Source of the DNA: Synergistales bacterium
Lineage (GTDB): Bacteria > Synergistota > Synergistia > Synergistales > JAFGMB01
Direction: 5' to 3'
Assembly: GCA_963666205.1 (NCBI GenBank)
Contig: OY762654.1
Location: 1,952,001-2,016,000, forward strand
Length of the DNA: 64,000 nt
Positions within the stretch are counted from its first letter, which is position 1. Every line of letters starts with the position of its first letter. The notes below the pieces were generated by a model, which saw nothing but the letters and a program-made list of their open reading frames with translations, ran no database searches and had not been told where the DNA came from. Shown here piece by piece: positions 20,465-30,900 of this stretch. The position numbers were made by a program, and so were the translations under genes.

Positions 20465-21781
20465 ATGAACAGCCATAAAGATGCATTAATTCTTTCCCTT
20501 GAAATATCCGATCCTTTAATCCAGGAATTTCTTCTTCAATTTCCGGAGGATGTCCGGGAACAGAAGGCCCTTGAGGCCCTGAAGGTTGGAGTGATAGCCA
20601 TACAGTCTGCTTCTCCTTCCCTGGATACAAGAATAGTCGAGGAAAAGTTCAGGGAAGTGGAAGGGGATATCAGGGAGAATGTGGATGCCTTCAAGGACGA
20701 ACTGAAAGTCAGGTTGGAGCAGTATTTCAAGACCGAGGGCGGTTCTGTCCCGGCGTTTATAGAGAGGCATTTCGGGGAGAACGGCCAGATCTCCCGCATA
20801 CTTGATGCATATTTCAGTTCCGAGAAGGGCAGGCTTGTGAATATCATGGAAGGCCAGGTGGGTCCAAACAGCTTTATTGGCCGTCAGATGGACCCCAACA
20901 ACAGGGAAGGACTTATAAGCCAGGTGGAAAAGGCGGTCGAAGAGATCCTCAAGGGCAGTTCCAGCCAGATCCTTTCGTCCTTTTCTCTCGATGATGAAAC
21001 AAGTGCCCTCAGCAGACTGAAAAGATCCGTGCGGGAGGAGATAGAAAAGCTCCAGAAGATAACCGTCGAACATTATTCCGAGATCAGGGGGATCCTGGAA
21101 AAAGAGAAAGGCCGGGCCGAAGAAGCGATCAAAGGGACCAGTAAAGGACGGGAATTTGAAGATTCTCTCTACGAATATCTTGCCCGGACTGCTGGTTCTA
21201 TGGAGGATATATCTGAAAACTGTGCTGGTGCCAAGGGTCTTGTTGCTTATGAAAAAGTGGGTGATTATACCGTAACCCTTGGAGAGACCAGCAGGGCTCC
21301 CGGTAAGAAGGTCGTCTTCGAGGCGAAAAAGGCCACCAATTACAATATGAAGAAAACCCTGGAAGAGCTTGATCGTGCAAAGAGAAACCGTGGCGCCGAA
21401 ATTGGGATATTTATATTCTGTAAGGGTTGTGAACCCGTTGAGGCTGGAGACTTCCATAGAACAGGAAATGATTTTATCGTTACTGTTGACGAGGAAAAAC
21501 TTGAGAGGAATGAAACTCTCCTTTTCCTCGAGGCTGCCTACAAGATCGCCAGGACCCTTATCGTTACAAGGGCGCGAGAAGAGGAAGAGGAAGCTATTGA
21601 TACCGAATATATCCGGGGTGAAATGGAGAACATAACCCTTGCTATGAAAAATGCCTCGGATATCTACATAAAGGCCAACACGATCAGGAACAGTGCCGAT
21701 TCCATAGAGAAAACCCTGAACAAGGTAATAGCGAAGATCGAGGAACATCTCGACAATATCCGGGACCATTTGCCGGACTAG
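20465..21781 (+). CDS. Coiled-coil protein with a putative PD-(D/E)xK nuclease-like C-terminal domain (RmuC/DUF2130-like architecture)
   Basis: Helical, charged N-terminal part; KGREFE...GDY...VFEAKK motif spacing. Confidence 0.55.
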   Translation: MNSHKDALILSLEISDPLIQEFLLQFPEDVREQKALEALKVGVIAIQSASPSLDTRIVEEKFREVEGDIRENVDAFKDELKVRLEQYFKTEGGSVPAFIERHFGENGQISRILDAYFSSEKGRLVNIMEGQVGPNSFIGRQMDPNNREGLISQVEKAVEEILKGSSSQILSSFSLDDETSALSRLKRSVREEIEKLQKITVEHYSEIRGILEKEKGRAEEAIKGTSKGREFEDSLYEYLARTAGSMEDISENCAGAKGLVAYEKVGDYTVTLGETSRAPGKKVVFEAKKATNYNMKKTLEELDRAKRNRGAEIGIFIFCKGCEPVEAGDFHRTGNDFIVTVDEEKLERNETLLFLEAAYKIARTLIVTRAREEEEEAIDTEYIRGEMENITLAMKNASDIYIKANTIRNSADSIEKTLNKVIAKIEEHLDNIRDHLPD

Positions 21782-22107
21782 AGATTTTCGATTAAACCCC
21801 GAACAAAAAACAGGATAATAATTATTGTATAAAAGCAATGCCTGGCTGTATTTAGCCTGGCATTTTTTATGTTTACTGAAATGCCGGATCAGCATCACCC
21901 CCTTAAATGTAAAAGGCGATTTTTATTGCTGTATCATTCAGAAACCGAATATCTCGATGAAAAGAGAATAATAGTATACATACGGGTAAAATCAAGGTCT
22001 GTTACCCCTTAATTGAGAGTTACCCATTTCTTTCAGTCTTAACAATTCTTTACACTTTACTATTGCAAAAAGCTTTATCAAGGTAATACAATTAGAGTTT
22101 GAAAAAA

Positions 22108-22121
22108 TGACCCTCTGGTCA
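22108..22121. promoter_or_regulatory. Putative TetR operator
   Basis: Palindrome TGACC-ctct-GGTCA just downstream of a TTGCAA-18bp-TACAAT promoter, upstream of the tetR gene. Confidence 0.55.
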
Positions 22122-22166
22122 ATTGAATGAATACACTCTTGTTTTCCCGTATTAAGGAGGGCTTCT

Positions 22167-22790
22167 ATGCCCAGGCTCAGCGAAAAAAAGAAAGAAATGA
22201 TAGAAGAAATGATGAAAGAGGCCCTCTACAGGGCTTCAGCTTCAGTTATATCCGATCATGGCTGGCCTGGTCTTACCATGGAGAGGGTCGCTGAAAGTGC
22301 AGGTGTTTCCAAGGGAACAGTCTATAACTATTTCAGAGACAAGAAGGATCTTGTCTGGTTTGTTATGACCAGTCTGGCACAGGAAGTTGAGGATCGTATA
22401 AACCAGATAATCGAAGGTAACGAAACTTCTGTAGATGCCCTTAAGGAGATCATCAGCCACGAACTGAGGGGTCGAAGACAAAATGCCCACATGGTTACGG
22501 CTTTTATTCAGGCCTTTCAGGAGGAGCCGGAATTGAGAGAGAGAATGTTCAGTTCCAACCATCCTTTTTCCAGGGTTGAACGGATGACCCGTGATCTGTT
22601 TACTAGAGGGATAGAAAGAGGAGAATTCAGGGCAGTAGATCCCGTAGCTATGGTTGCAGTCCTTAATTCAATTCTTATGGGAATATCTCGCCAGTGGGCC
22701 AGTGGCCAGCTGGATCTTTCTACTGATGTCATGACTGATTTTGTGATCTCTCTTCTTGGAGAGGGACTGATAAGGAAGGATAACCAATGA
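22167..22790 (+). CDS. TetR/AcrR family regulator
   Basis: HTH segment TMERVAESAGVSKGTVYNYFRDK. Confidence 0.92.
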   Translation: MPRLSEKKKEMIEEMMKEALYRASASVISDHGWPGLTMERVAESAGVSKGTVYNYFRDKKDLVWFVMTSLAQEVEDRINQIIEGNETSVDALKEIISHELRGRRQNAHMVTAFIQAFQEEPELRERMFSSNHPFSRVERMTRDLFTRGIERGEFRAVDPVAMVAVLNSILMGISRQWASGQLDLSTDVMTDFVISLLGEGLIRKDNQ

Positions 22791-25700
22791 AACTGACAAA
22801 CACTGCTCTCAAAAGGCCGGTTACGGTCCTTATCGGACTGATAGCGCTCATAGTTTTCGGCGTTATTTCCATAACAAGGATGGGAATGGAAAGAATGCCG
22901 AACATTGACTTTCCCATAGTCTCAGTGTCCACTACCATGACCGGAGCCAGTCCTTCCGTAATGGATAATGACGTTACAGATATTATTGAAGAACAGCTCA
23001 ATACCATTTCCGGTATCGAGAATATAAGCTCTACCAGTTATGACGGTCTTTCCGTCATAAGGGTGGAGTTCGAACTGGATCGTGATATAGATGCTGCTGC
23101 AGCTGATGTCCGGGATAAGGTCAACCGTGCAAGCAGGCGTCTTCCAGATGAAGCCGATGATCCCATAGTTCAGAAATTCTCCACCAGTGACAGGTCTGTT
23201 TTTGCCATTGCCATATTCGGAGAAGCTCCTTATTCCGAGATATCCCATTTTGCCGACAAGGTGGCAACTCTTAAACTTCAGACTGTTGAGGGAGTCGGAA
23301 GTGTCAGCACCTCAGGTCTCAGGGAAAGAGAGATCCGGGTCTGGCTTGATCCGGCCATGCTGGAGGCCCGGGGTCTTCTGGTGGATGATGTAAAGGATGC
23401 CATATCCCAGAAACATATAGAACTTCCTGCTGGAAGAGTTGAGACTGAGGAAAGCGAACTGACTATCCGCCTGGAGGGAGAATATTCCTCGGTGAAGGAG
23501 CTCAGTTCTCTGCCCATTACCACAAGAGGTGGAGCTATTGTACGCCTTTCAGATGTGGGTTCTGTGGAAGATGGCTATGAAGATCAGCGATCCATAGCGA
23601 CATTCAACGGCAAGCCTGTAATAATCCTCAAGATCAGGAAACAGAGAGGAATCAATGAGGTACAGCTTGGGGGAGAACTTGTCAAAGCAGTGGAGGAACT
23701 TCGAAAGGAACTTCCCCGCGGTCTGGATATGAAGATCCTCTCCAATTCTGCCACCTTTGTAAAGGCTTCCATGAAGGGTGTAGGTATAGACATCATTGTT
23801 GGTATTGTACTCTGTTCTCTGGTCATGCTGCTTTTCCTTCGGACCATGAGAGCCACCTTTGTTACTGTCATTACAATTCCAGCCTGTCTTCTCGGCAGTC
23901 TCATCGTCCTTCGCTTCAGTGGTATAACCATCAACAATATGACAATGATGGGACTTTCCCTGGCAGTCGGGATGGTCGTTGATGCTACCACTGTTGTTCT
24001 TGAGAATGTTCACAGGCATCAGGAACTTGGGGAAAAACCCTTCAACGCAGCCTCCATAGGTACCTCCGAGGTCGGATTTGCCGTCCTGGCTGGAGCTGCT
24101 ACAACAATTGCCGTTTTCGGCCCGGTTGCTACCATGGAAGGAATCATAGGCAGATTTTTCTTTGCCTTTGGCGTTACCGTAGTTACCACCATCGTTATTT
24201 CCCTTGTACTTTCACTTACCCTTACCCCCTTTCTATGCTCCAGACTTCTGCAGCATGATCATCCCGGTCCCATCGGCAGGGTTATTGAAAGATTCTTCAA
24301 GGGCCTTGAGAGAGCTTATAGTTCTGCCCTGCATTTTGCTGTTCATCACAGAATGGTCGTTATGGTCATTGCCATAGCATTTTTTGCAGGGGGTATGTTC
24401 CTGGCAGGCCAGTTGGGGCAGGGTTTCTTTCCCACGGAAGACCAGGGGGATTTTACTCTGGATATTGAGCTGCCCATGGGGTCCTCCCTTTGGAAGACCG
24501 AGAGGGTAATGCAGCAGATGGGGGAAATTGTAAGGGCAGTCCCGGAAGTTGATTACACATATTCGACGGTGGGTTCTGGAACTGGCGGAGAGGTCTACAA
24601 GGGTGACATGAACGTATACCTCATTCCCAGGAAGGAAAGGATCTCCATGTTCGAGGTTATGAAGAAGGTAAGACGTGAACTCTCGATCTTCAGGGATGTA
24701 AAGGTGACCCTTGGTCATCATGGAGGAGTAGGTGCAAGCCTGACTCTTCTGGGGCCGGATATGGAAAAACTGTTCGAGGTAGCGGAAAAGATGAAGGCTG
24801 ATCTTGCGGGAGATGCCAGGCTTGCCGATATAGATACAAATATACGGCTGAAAAAACCACGCCTTAATATGACCATAAACCGCGCAATGGCAGATGACAT
24901 GAACATCAACATCAAGAGCCTTTCCGAAGAAGTCCAGGCTTATTTCGGCGGTGTTAATGCAGGAGTATTCAAGGATGGAGGCTATCGCTACGATATAAGA
25001 CTTCGTGCGGCAGGCGATTTCAGAAGATCCCCCGCCGATATCGACAATATCGCTATTCGTAACGGAAGTGGCGAGATCCTTCGTATTCCGGGGATAATAA
25101 ATGTTGAAACAGGAACGGGACCGAACCAGATAAACCGTTATAACCGTCAGAGAGCATTGACAATTTCCGCAAGTAACGTCGATGTTTCCATGGGAGAGGC
25201 CATGGCACTGGTCAGACAGAGTTTTGAAAGGAACAGGCCTGCGGATGGAAGTGTAACAGCCCAGGTCACCGGAAGGTCGAAGCACATGGCTACTAATTTC
25301 GGTTATCTCCTGAATGCCATAATGATAGCTGTTGTTCTGGTCTACATGGTTATGGCAGTCCAGTTTGAGTCATTCCTTCATCCCCTTACGGTCATGTTCT
25401 CACTCCCCCTGATGACGGTGGGAGTTTTCGGAATGCTTCTGGTTACAGGAAAGGAAATAGATGTCATGAGCCTTATGGGGATCATCCTGCTAGTGGGTAT
25501 AGTAGTCAATAATGCCATACTCCTTGTTGATTTCACCAACCAGCAGAGGGCCCAGGGAGTAGATAAGGTAACTGCCGTCCTCCGGGCCGGCCCCTTGAGA
25601 TTGAGGCCCATACTGATGACAGCCATTTCCACTATGGTTGGCGCTCTTCCTATTGCCCTTGGCCTGAGTGAAGGATCCGAGGTAAGGCAGCCCATGTCAA

Positions 25701-25906
25701 TAGCAGTTATAGGAGGTCTTCTGACTTCGACTATACTGACCCTTCTCGTAATTCCTACGGTCTATCTGATAATTGATGATATGAAGGAGAAGGCGGGAGA
25801 TCTTGTTTTCGGTTCAGGAAAACGGAGAGCAATGGATAAAGAGAGAAAAAAAAGTGAACCGGCAGGGTCCGGACAGGATCTGGAGTATTCTGGAGGAAAT
25901 CAATGA
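22787..25906 (+). CDS. RND efflux permease (AcrB/MdtB-like)
   Basis: 1039 aa; GMVVDA, GIVVNNAILLVD and RLRPILMT motifs. Confidence 0.95.
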   Translation: MKLTNTALKRPVTVLIGLIALIVFGVISITRMGMERMPNIDFPIVSVSTTMTGASPSVMDNDVTDIIEEQLNTISGIENISSTSYDGLSVIRVEFELDRDIDAAAADVRDKVNRASRRLPDEADDPIVQKFSTSDRSVFAIAIFGEAPYSEISHFADKVATLKLQTVEGVGSVSTSGLREREIRVWLDPAMLEARGLLVDDVKDAISQKHIELPAGRVETEESELTIRLEGEYSSVKELSSLPITTRGGAIVRLSDVGSVEDGYEDQRSIATFNGKPVIILKIRKQRGINEVQLGGELVKAVEELRKELPRGLDMKILSNSATFVKASMKGVGIDIIVGIVLCSLVMLLFLRTMRATFVTVITIPACLLGSLIVLRFSGITINNMTMMGLSLAVGMVVDATTVVLENVHRHQELGEKPFNAASIGTSEVGFAVLAGAATTIAVFGPVATMEGIIGRFFFAFGVTVVTTIVISLVLSLTLTPFLCSRLLQHDHPGPIGRVIERFFKGLERAYSSALHFAVHHRMVVMVIAIAFFAGGMFLAGQLGQGFFPTEDQGDFTLDIELPMGSSLWKTERVMQQMGEIVRAVPEVDYTYSTVGSGTGGEVYKGDMNVYLIPRKERISMFEVMKKVRRELSIFRDVKVTLGHHGGVGASLTLLGPDMEKLFEVAEKMKADLAGDARLADIDTNIRLKKPRLNMTINRAMADDMNINIKSLSEEVQAYFGGVNAGVFKDGGYRYDIRLRAAGDFRRSPADIDNIAIRNGSGEILRIPGIINVETGTGPNQINRYNRQRALTISASNVDVSMGEAMALVRQSFERNRPADGSVTAQVTGRSKHMATNFGYLLNAIMIAVVLVYMVMAVQFESFLHPLTVMFSLPLMTVGVFGMLLVTGKEIDVMSLMGIILLVGIVVNNAILLVDFTNQQRAQGVDKVTAVLRAGPLRLRPILMTAISTMVGALPIALGLSEGSEVRQPMSIAVIGGLLTSTILTLLVIPTVYLIIDDMKEKAGDLVFGSGKRRAMDKERKKSEPAGSGQDLEYSGGNQ

Positions 25907-27207
25907 GAAAAATTTCACTGCTCATAATCTTTACTCTTTCAGTTACGTTATTTTTTGCTGCTGGAGTTTCAGCTGGTGAAGTGCTTACTCTTCAAAAGGC
26001 GATAGAGGTTGCCCTTGATCAGAATCCCGAGATCCTGTCAGCGAGACAGGAACAGGTTAAAGCGGCTGGAGCCATGTCGGTGGCAAAGGGAGCCTTTCTT
26101 CCATCCATAAGTCTTGGGGGTAGCTATACTGTAGAAGAAGAGACTTCTCCCACCTCGGAAACTGATACTTATGAAGCAAATGTAACCATGAGCCAGTCCA
26201 TCTATCAGGGTGGTAAGCTGAGGGCCTACAGGACCCAGGCTGAACTCGCCGTAGGAATAGCTGACAACAGGGTTGCGGATACGGAAGAAAGGATAATATA
26301 CGAGGTTTATAAACGGTTTTACAATGTTCTTCTCATTCGGGAGAATGTGGATACTGCAGAGGATGCCCTATCCTACGCCGAGAATTATTACCGCGAACTG
26401 GAAAAGAGATTTGAAGTTGGCCTTGTTACAGGCCTTGAAGTCACCAGGGCCGAAAAACTTCTTGTAACAAGCAGGAAAGACCTGGTAACAGCCAGGAACA
26501 ATCTTCAGATTTCACGGGTGAACCTCTTTGAGATCCTCAGGTCATCAGAAGAAAGATTTTCATCCATTGAAGGAAGTCTTGAGTACAAATCTTTTTCAGG
26601 TAATCCCCGTGATTCTCTGAAAAATGCTCTTGAGAACCGGCCGGATCTTGCAGGTCTGAGAGACCAGGTCAAGGTCCAGGAACAGGATATAACCATAGCT
26701 GGAAGCAGCCTGAAACCAAATGTCAACCTTTCTGCAGTCTGGGAATACAGTGATCCGGCAAAGGGCAGTTCCAATGGCGAACAAGATACATGGTCTGCAA
26801 AGATCAATGTCAATTTCCCCATCTTTGACAGCGGTATTACCAGAGGTAAGGTTATCCAGGAAGAAGCTATCCTTGAACAGGCCAGGGAATCTGTCGTCAC
26901 TCTGGAAGAATCAGTCAAGGCAGAGATCGCAAATGCATACCTCGCTCTTGATACTTTAGCTAACTCAGTAGCAGATGCAATAAAGAACCTGGAACTTGCT
27001 ACGGAATCTCTCCGTCTTGCGGAGGTGGGTTATCGGGAGGGAGTAGGCATTCAGCTTGATGTACTTAATGCCCGGGCTGAACTCACCGATGCCCGGAGAC
27101 TTTATTCTCTATCAGTGAGGGACTACAATCTGGCCCTGGCCAACCTTCGAAGGGCAGAAGGTACCCTAATAAGCTATTCCCTTGACAGGGATATAACCGG
27201 GGAGTGA
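25903..27207 (+). CDS. TolC family outer-membrane factor
   Basis: Signal peptide, LTLQKAIEVAL..NP, NRPDL and duplicated OEP helices. Confidence 0.9.
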   Translation: MRKISLLIIFTLSVTLFFAAGVSAGEVLTLQKAIEVALDQNPEILSARQEQVKAAGAMSVAKGAFLPSISLGGSYTVEEETSPTSETDTYEANVTMSQSIYQGGKLRAYRTQAELAVGIADNRVADTEERIIYEVYKRFYNVLLIRENVDTAEDALSYAENYYRELEKRFEVGLVTGLEVTRAEKLLVTSRKDLVTARNNLQISRVNLFEILRSSEERFSSIEGSLEYKSFSGNPRDSLKNALENRPDLAGLRDQVKVQEQDITIAGSSLKPNVNLSAVWEYSDPAKGSSNGEQDTWSAKINVNFPIFDSGITRGKVIQEEAILEQARESVVTLEESVKAEIANAYLALDTLANSVADAIKNLELATESLRLAEVGYREGVGIQLDVLNARAELTDARRLYSLSVRDYNLALANLRRAEGTLISYSLDRDITGE

Positions 27208-28358
27208 ATCAGTTGAACAAAAGGTTTTTTAAGATATTCTTTATCTTCGTTACTATCGGAGTGTTTCTGCTTGGAACAGATCATGTGCTGACGGCCCAGA
27301 CTCCTGAGAAAAGAACGTCACCGGGACTTCCCCCGGCAAGGGTAGAAGTGGTTGAGGTTGCAAGGATACCAGTCCTTTACAGGGGATATCGGGAAAGCAG
27401 TACCCTGGAAACGATGGAAGAGGTCATCATTTATCCCAGGGTAACGGGAAGATTGGAGAAGTTTTCTGCCAGGGAAGGAGATCTGGTTAAAAAGGGGCTG
27501 GTAATTGCTGAGCTCGATCACCGGGATGTCAATGCCCAGATAAACTCCATCAAAGCACAGATTGCCGTGGCTGAGGCCAGGCTGGCCAGTTCCAGAGCCA
27601 GTTTCGCCAACGCTAAAAACGAAAGGGATCGGTATCAGAAGCTTGTCAAGGAGGGATATGCCACCTCACAGCAGCTGGAGTCAAAAGAAACTTCCTACCT
27701 TCAGGCCCTTGCCGATATAGATCTGCAGAAAGCGTCTATCCAGCAGTACCGGGCAGAACTGGCAAAGCATGAGGTAAACCTCTCTGAATATTTTGTGAAA
27801 AGTCCTATCGATGGGAGGGTAATGGACGATTACTCCCATACAGTCGGAGAAATGATCAGTCCCTCCATTGCTATTGCAAAGATAGGTGTGACTGAAAGAC
27901 TGAAGGCAGTCATCAAGGCTCCTTCTGGAAGGGCTGTCCGTTTCAGGAAGGGTATGAAGGCTCTTGTGAGCGTGAGCAGCCTTCCTGAAGGTAATTTCTC
28001 TGGAAATATTGAAACCATTTCACCTTCCGTTGATGCCTCAACGAGGACCACTACGGTAGAAGTAACCCTAGTAAACGATAAGGATGAACTGAAGCCAGGA
28101 ATGTTTGCGGAGGTTTACATAATTGAGAAGGAATCCGAAAATGCTTTGGTCATTCCAAAGGAGGCCCTCTTCGAAAAAGACGGGGAAAGTTTTGTATTTA
28201 TAGTCAGGGAAGATTCTGCGGTGAAGGTTCCCGTAAGCATCGGTATAGAGAACGATATCCATTATGAGATCCTTGAAGGGCTTAAAATGGGAGACCTTGT
28301 CGTGGTCTCCGGTGGAAGCACTCTTAGAGATGGAGATAAAGTCACTTTAGTTCGGTAA
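27204..28358 (+). CDS. RND periplasmic adaptor (membrane fusion protein)
   Basis: GDLVKKG lipoyl half-motif, SPIDG, LKPGMFA and ALVIPKEAL. Confidence 0.92.
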   Translation: MNQLNKRFFKIFFIFVTIGVFLLGTDHVLTAQTPEKRTSPGLPPARVEVVEVARIPVLYRGYRESSTLETMEEVIIYPRVTGRLEKFSAREGDLVKKGLVIAELDHRDVNAQINSIKAQIAVAEARLASSRASFANAKNERDRYQKLVKEGYATSQQLESKETSYLQALADIDLQKASIQQYRAELAKHEVNLSEYFVKSPIDGRVMDDYSHTVGEMISPSIAIAKIGVTERLKAVIKAPSGRAVRFRKGMKALVSVSSLPEGNFSGNIETISPSVDASTRTTTVEVTLVNDKDELKPGMFAEVYIIEKESENALVIPKEALFEKDGESFVFIVREDSAVKVPVSIGIENDIHYEILEGLKMGDLVVVSGGSTLRDGDKVTLVR

Positions 28359-28887
28359 AAGAGAATAGGGACATTCAATAAACTGTCCTCTGACCTGGAA
28401 TACGTGAGCTGAAATAGTGGAAGCTCTCCGCGCCTCCACCATATGATAACGAGCAGTCAACAGAAAACATTCTTTTGACTGTTTTTTTATGAATCAACGA
28501 AAGCTTGCTTGTCAGCTCTGGGTAATAAGTTCCAGAAAACGGGTGGATCAGTATCCAGAGAGAGTTTGATAAATATCCTTTTTCCTATAATGAATACCCT
28601 GGTCATTCATGTTATCATCTTGAATGATCAATCCAGGTATTCTTTTTTCAAATGTTATATTTCCCAGTTGATGATTTCGTTTTATGAAAAGGAGTGAAAT
28701 AGTTATCAGAAAACATGGTTTTCTTACCTTCCTGCTATGCCTGCCTGCATGTTGAGAAACTCTTTGGATTTTCTGTTGATGAAGTTACGTCAGATTCCAT
28801 TTGAACATTATCAATAAGAGTTATTTGCATGAATGATTTGCAATAATAATCATTAACTTCAAACTTGAATTGAAGGGAGAGATATCA

Positions 28888-30474
28888 GTGAAAAAAAGCT
28901 TCTTTGTCCTTTTCGTGGTGATGTTTATGTTGATCTGTTCCGGTTACGGTTATGCAGCCGAATTCAATATTTCTACAGAGGAAAGTTTCCAGGATGCCCT
29001 TGATACAGCGCAGTCCAACGGAGAGGGTGACACTATTACCCTCCAAGCGGGGACATATCTGGTCAGTTCCAATGGAGGCACTTTTACCTATGATCCGAAA
29101 GTGACTAGTGAAGACAGTTTGACCATCAGAGGCAATGGAGAGGTGATCCTTAACGGGGAAGGATCCGACAACATCTTCCTTATTCTTAATGAAAGTCCAT
29201 ATCTGACCGAAATCACCCTTCAGGGCCTCACCATCCAGAACGGGAAAAACACAATGAGCGGTTGCGGTGCCTATATTGAGATCAATTCCGGGAATATTAA
29301 TATTATTGAATGTTCTTTTAAGGATAACGAATCTGATAATGAAGGTGGAGCAATCTATGCCTATATAGCCGATACTGGCAACGTAACCCTTCAGGAAAAC
29401 AGCTTCTCTGGCAATTCTTCTGAACGCAGAGGAGGTGCTGCAAACATCGAGGTTGGATCAGGGGATGTCACTATAACAGGTACCGTTTTTAACAGTAACA
29501 GTTCCGTGGATAATTCATCAGGGGCCCTGGATGTGCGTACCGAAGAAGGAAATATAACTTTGTTCGATACCGTATTTTCCAGTAACGAATCTTACCGCAA
29601 CACGGGGGCAGCATTCCTCAGCATATCAGGAAGTACAGGTTACATAGAGGTAGATTCCTGTGATTTTACAGGTAACAGGACATACAGTTACGAAGCAGGG
29701 GCCCTCTGGGTATCAAACTATGGTGAAGGTGTTCTGATCACCAATAGCAGGTTTGAAGATAATATCGCAGAAACCCGTGGGGGAGGGGCATACCTGTCCT
29801 GCGAGAACGGTTTTGTTTTAGTTCAGAACTGTCTTTTCTCTCATAATAGCTCTAGCAGAGATGGTGCGGGATTTTACTTATCTTCAGATGCGTATTCTCC
29901 TGAAAAACTGACCTCTGCTGACATAATCAATAACACGATCACCGGCAATGTAGTGTCCGGGGACAATTATGGCGGCGGTGTTTATGTTCGCTGCGGAGAC
30001 CCGGATACCGTCTATTCCTTTACTAATAATATTATCTGGGGTAACAGTGCTGATGCTGGTGCTGATGTGTATCTCAAAGACGAACGTAAGATCAACAGTT
30101 ATTCCTTTAATATTTCCAATAACGATATCTCTGTCATTTCCCATGACCTGTCTGAGGACAGTGAAATGTTGGGAAATGACAACATTAACGAAGACCCATT
30201 GTTTGTATCCCCAACGGATTATCGTCTTCAGAGCGTTTCCCCGGTGATAGACATGGGAGATAATAACGCACGCTCCTTGCCAGAGTTCGACCTCGATGGC
30301 AATGCAAGGATCTATGGGGACGCAGTGGATATGGGAGCCTATGAATATATTTCCGGTACGGTTGATGATGACGACGATGACGATGGCAGCGGAGGTTGTA
30401 ACATCTCTGCATTTTCAGCCATCGCTTTTCTCCTGCTTGTACCGCTCATGTTCCTTTCAGGGACTAGAAAGTAA
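28888..30474 (+). CDS. Beta-helix (GGA/GGG-repeat) surface protein with choice-of-anchor-Q-like C-domain, Synerg-CTERM
   Basis: F..N....GGAI repeats; DPLF...DYRL...SPVIDMG...DLDGNAR...VDMGAYE; C-terminus SGGCNISAFSAIAFLLLVPLMFLSGTRK. Confidence 0.85.
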   Translation: MKKSFFVLFVVMFMLICSGYGYAAEFNISTEESFQDALDTAQSNGEGDTITLQAGTYLVSSNGGTFTYDPKVTSEDSLTIRGNGEVILNGEGSDNIFLILNESPYLTEITLQGLTIQNGKNTMSGCGAYIEINSGNINIIECSFKDNESDNEGGAIYAYIADTGNVTLQENSFSGNSSERRGGAANIEVGSGDVTITGTVFNSNSSVDNSSGALDVRTEEGNITLFDTVFSSNESYRNTGAAFLSISGSTGYIEVDSCDFTGNRTYSYEAGALWVSNYGEGVLITNSRFEDNIAETRGGGAYLSCENGFVLVQNCLFSHNSSSRDGAGFYLSSDAYSPEKLTSADIINNTITGNVVSGDNYGGGVYVRCGDPDTVYSFTNNIIWGNSADAGADVYLKDERKINSYSFNISNNDISVISHDLSEDSEMLGNDNINEDPLFVSPTDYRLQSVSPVIDMGDNNARSLPEFDLDGNARIYGDAVDMGAYEYISGTVDDDDDDDGSGGCNISAFSAIAFLLLVPLMFLSGTRK

Positions 30475-30482
30475 CAGTAAAT

Positions 30483-30737
30483 CTTAGATAAAGCGATACA
30501 CCAGACAGAGTATAATAAAGCCAGGTCCATTTCCGGGCCTGGCTTTATTAATGCCCAGAAAGGAGGTCTACTGACCTGCTACCCGAAAAGTGTTCCAGAA
30601 GAAATACGAGAAATCTATTATATTCAAATATCAGCCAAGTCCATTTTCAGGCCTGGCTTTTTTCATGCCCAGAAAGGAGGTCTACCATGCCATCAGTCAC
30701 AAGTGTTAAAATCGGGAGGACGCCAACCTATCTATTC
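30483..30737 (+). repeat. Post-CTERM module (terminator hairpin + RBS + truncated ORF start); the terminator/RBS part is present twice here
   Basis: cttagataaag.gatacaccag...aaagccag...gcctggctttt...cccagaaagga recurs wholly or partly at about 33940 and 36028; the hairpin core also occurs near 32080. Confidence 0.75.
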
Positions 30738-30900
30738 CGCAAAGATTTTGCCAGCTATAAGCAAAAAAGGTGTGAAGGTATCGTTGGATCTGTCCTGTAT
30801 GAAATGGGAGTAGAGGAGCCTCGCAAGGTTGAGCAGTTCGATGTATACTCCCGTGAAGCCGTGATTAAATTCGTGAAGCCGTAAAGGGGAGAGTAAGAGC

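Noticed and set aside
20516-21898. 460-aa antisense ORF
   Set aside because: It is the shadow of the + strand gene 20465-21781, has no motifs, and its composition is what antisense reading of a biased gene gives.
24233-25285. 350-aa antisense ORF inside the RND permease, and the many other short overlapping ORFs in the track
   Set aside because: They lie opposite or out of frame to well-supported genes and show no family motifs.
28417-28441. ...ccgcgcctccacca, resembling a tmRNA/tRNA 3' end (att site)
   Set aside because: The match is too short, there is no T-loop GTTCGA, no integrase and no second copy in the window; it can be explained as a local hairpin.
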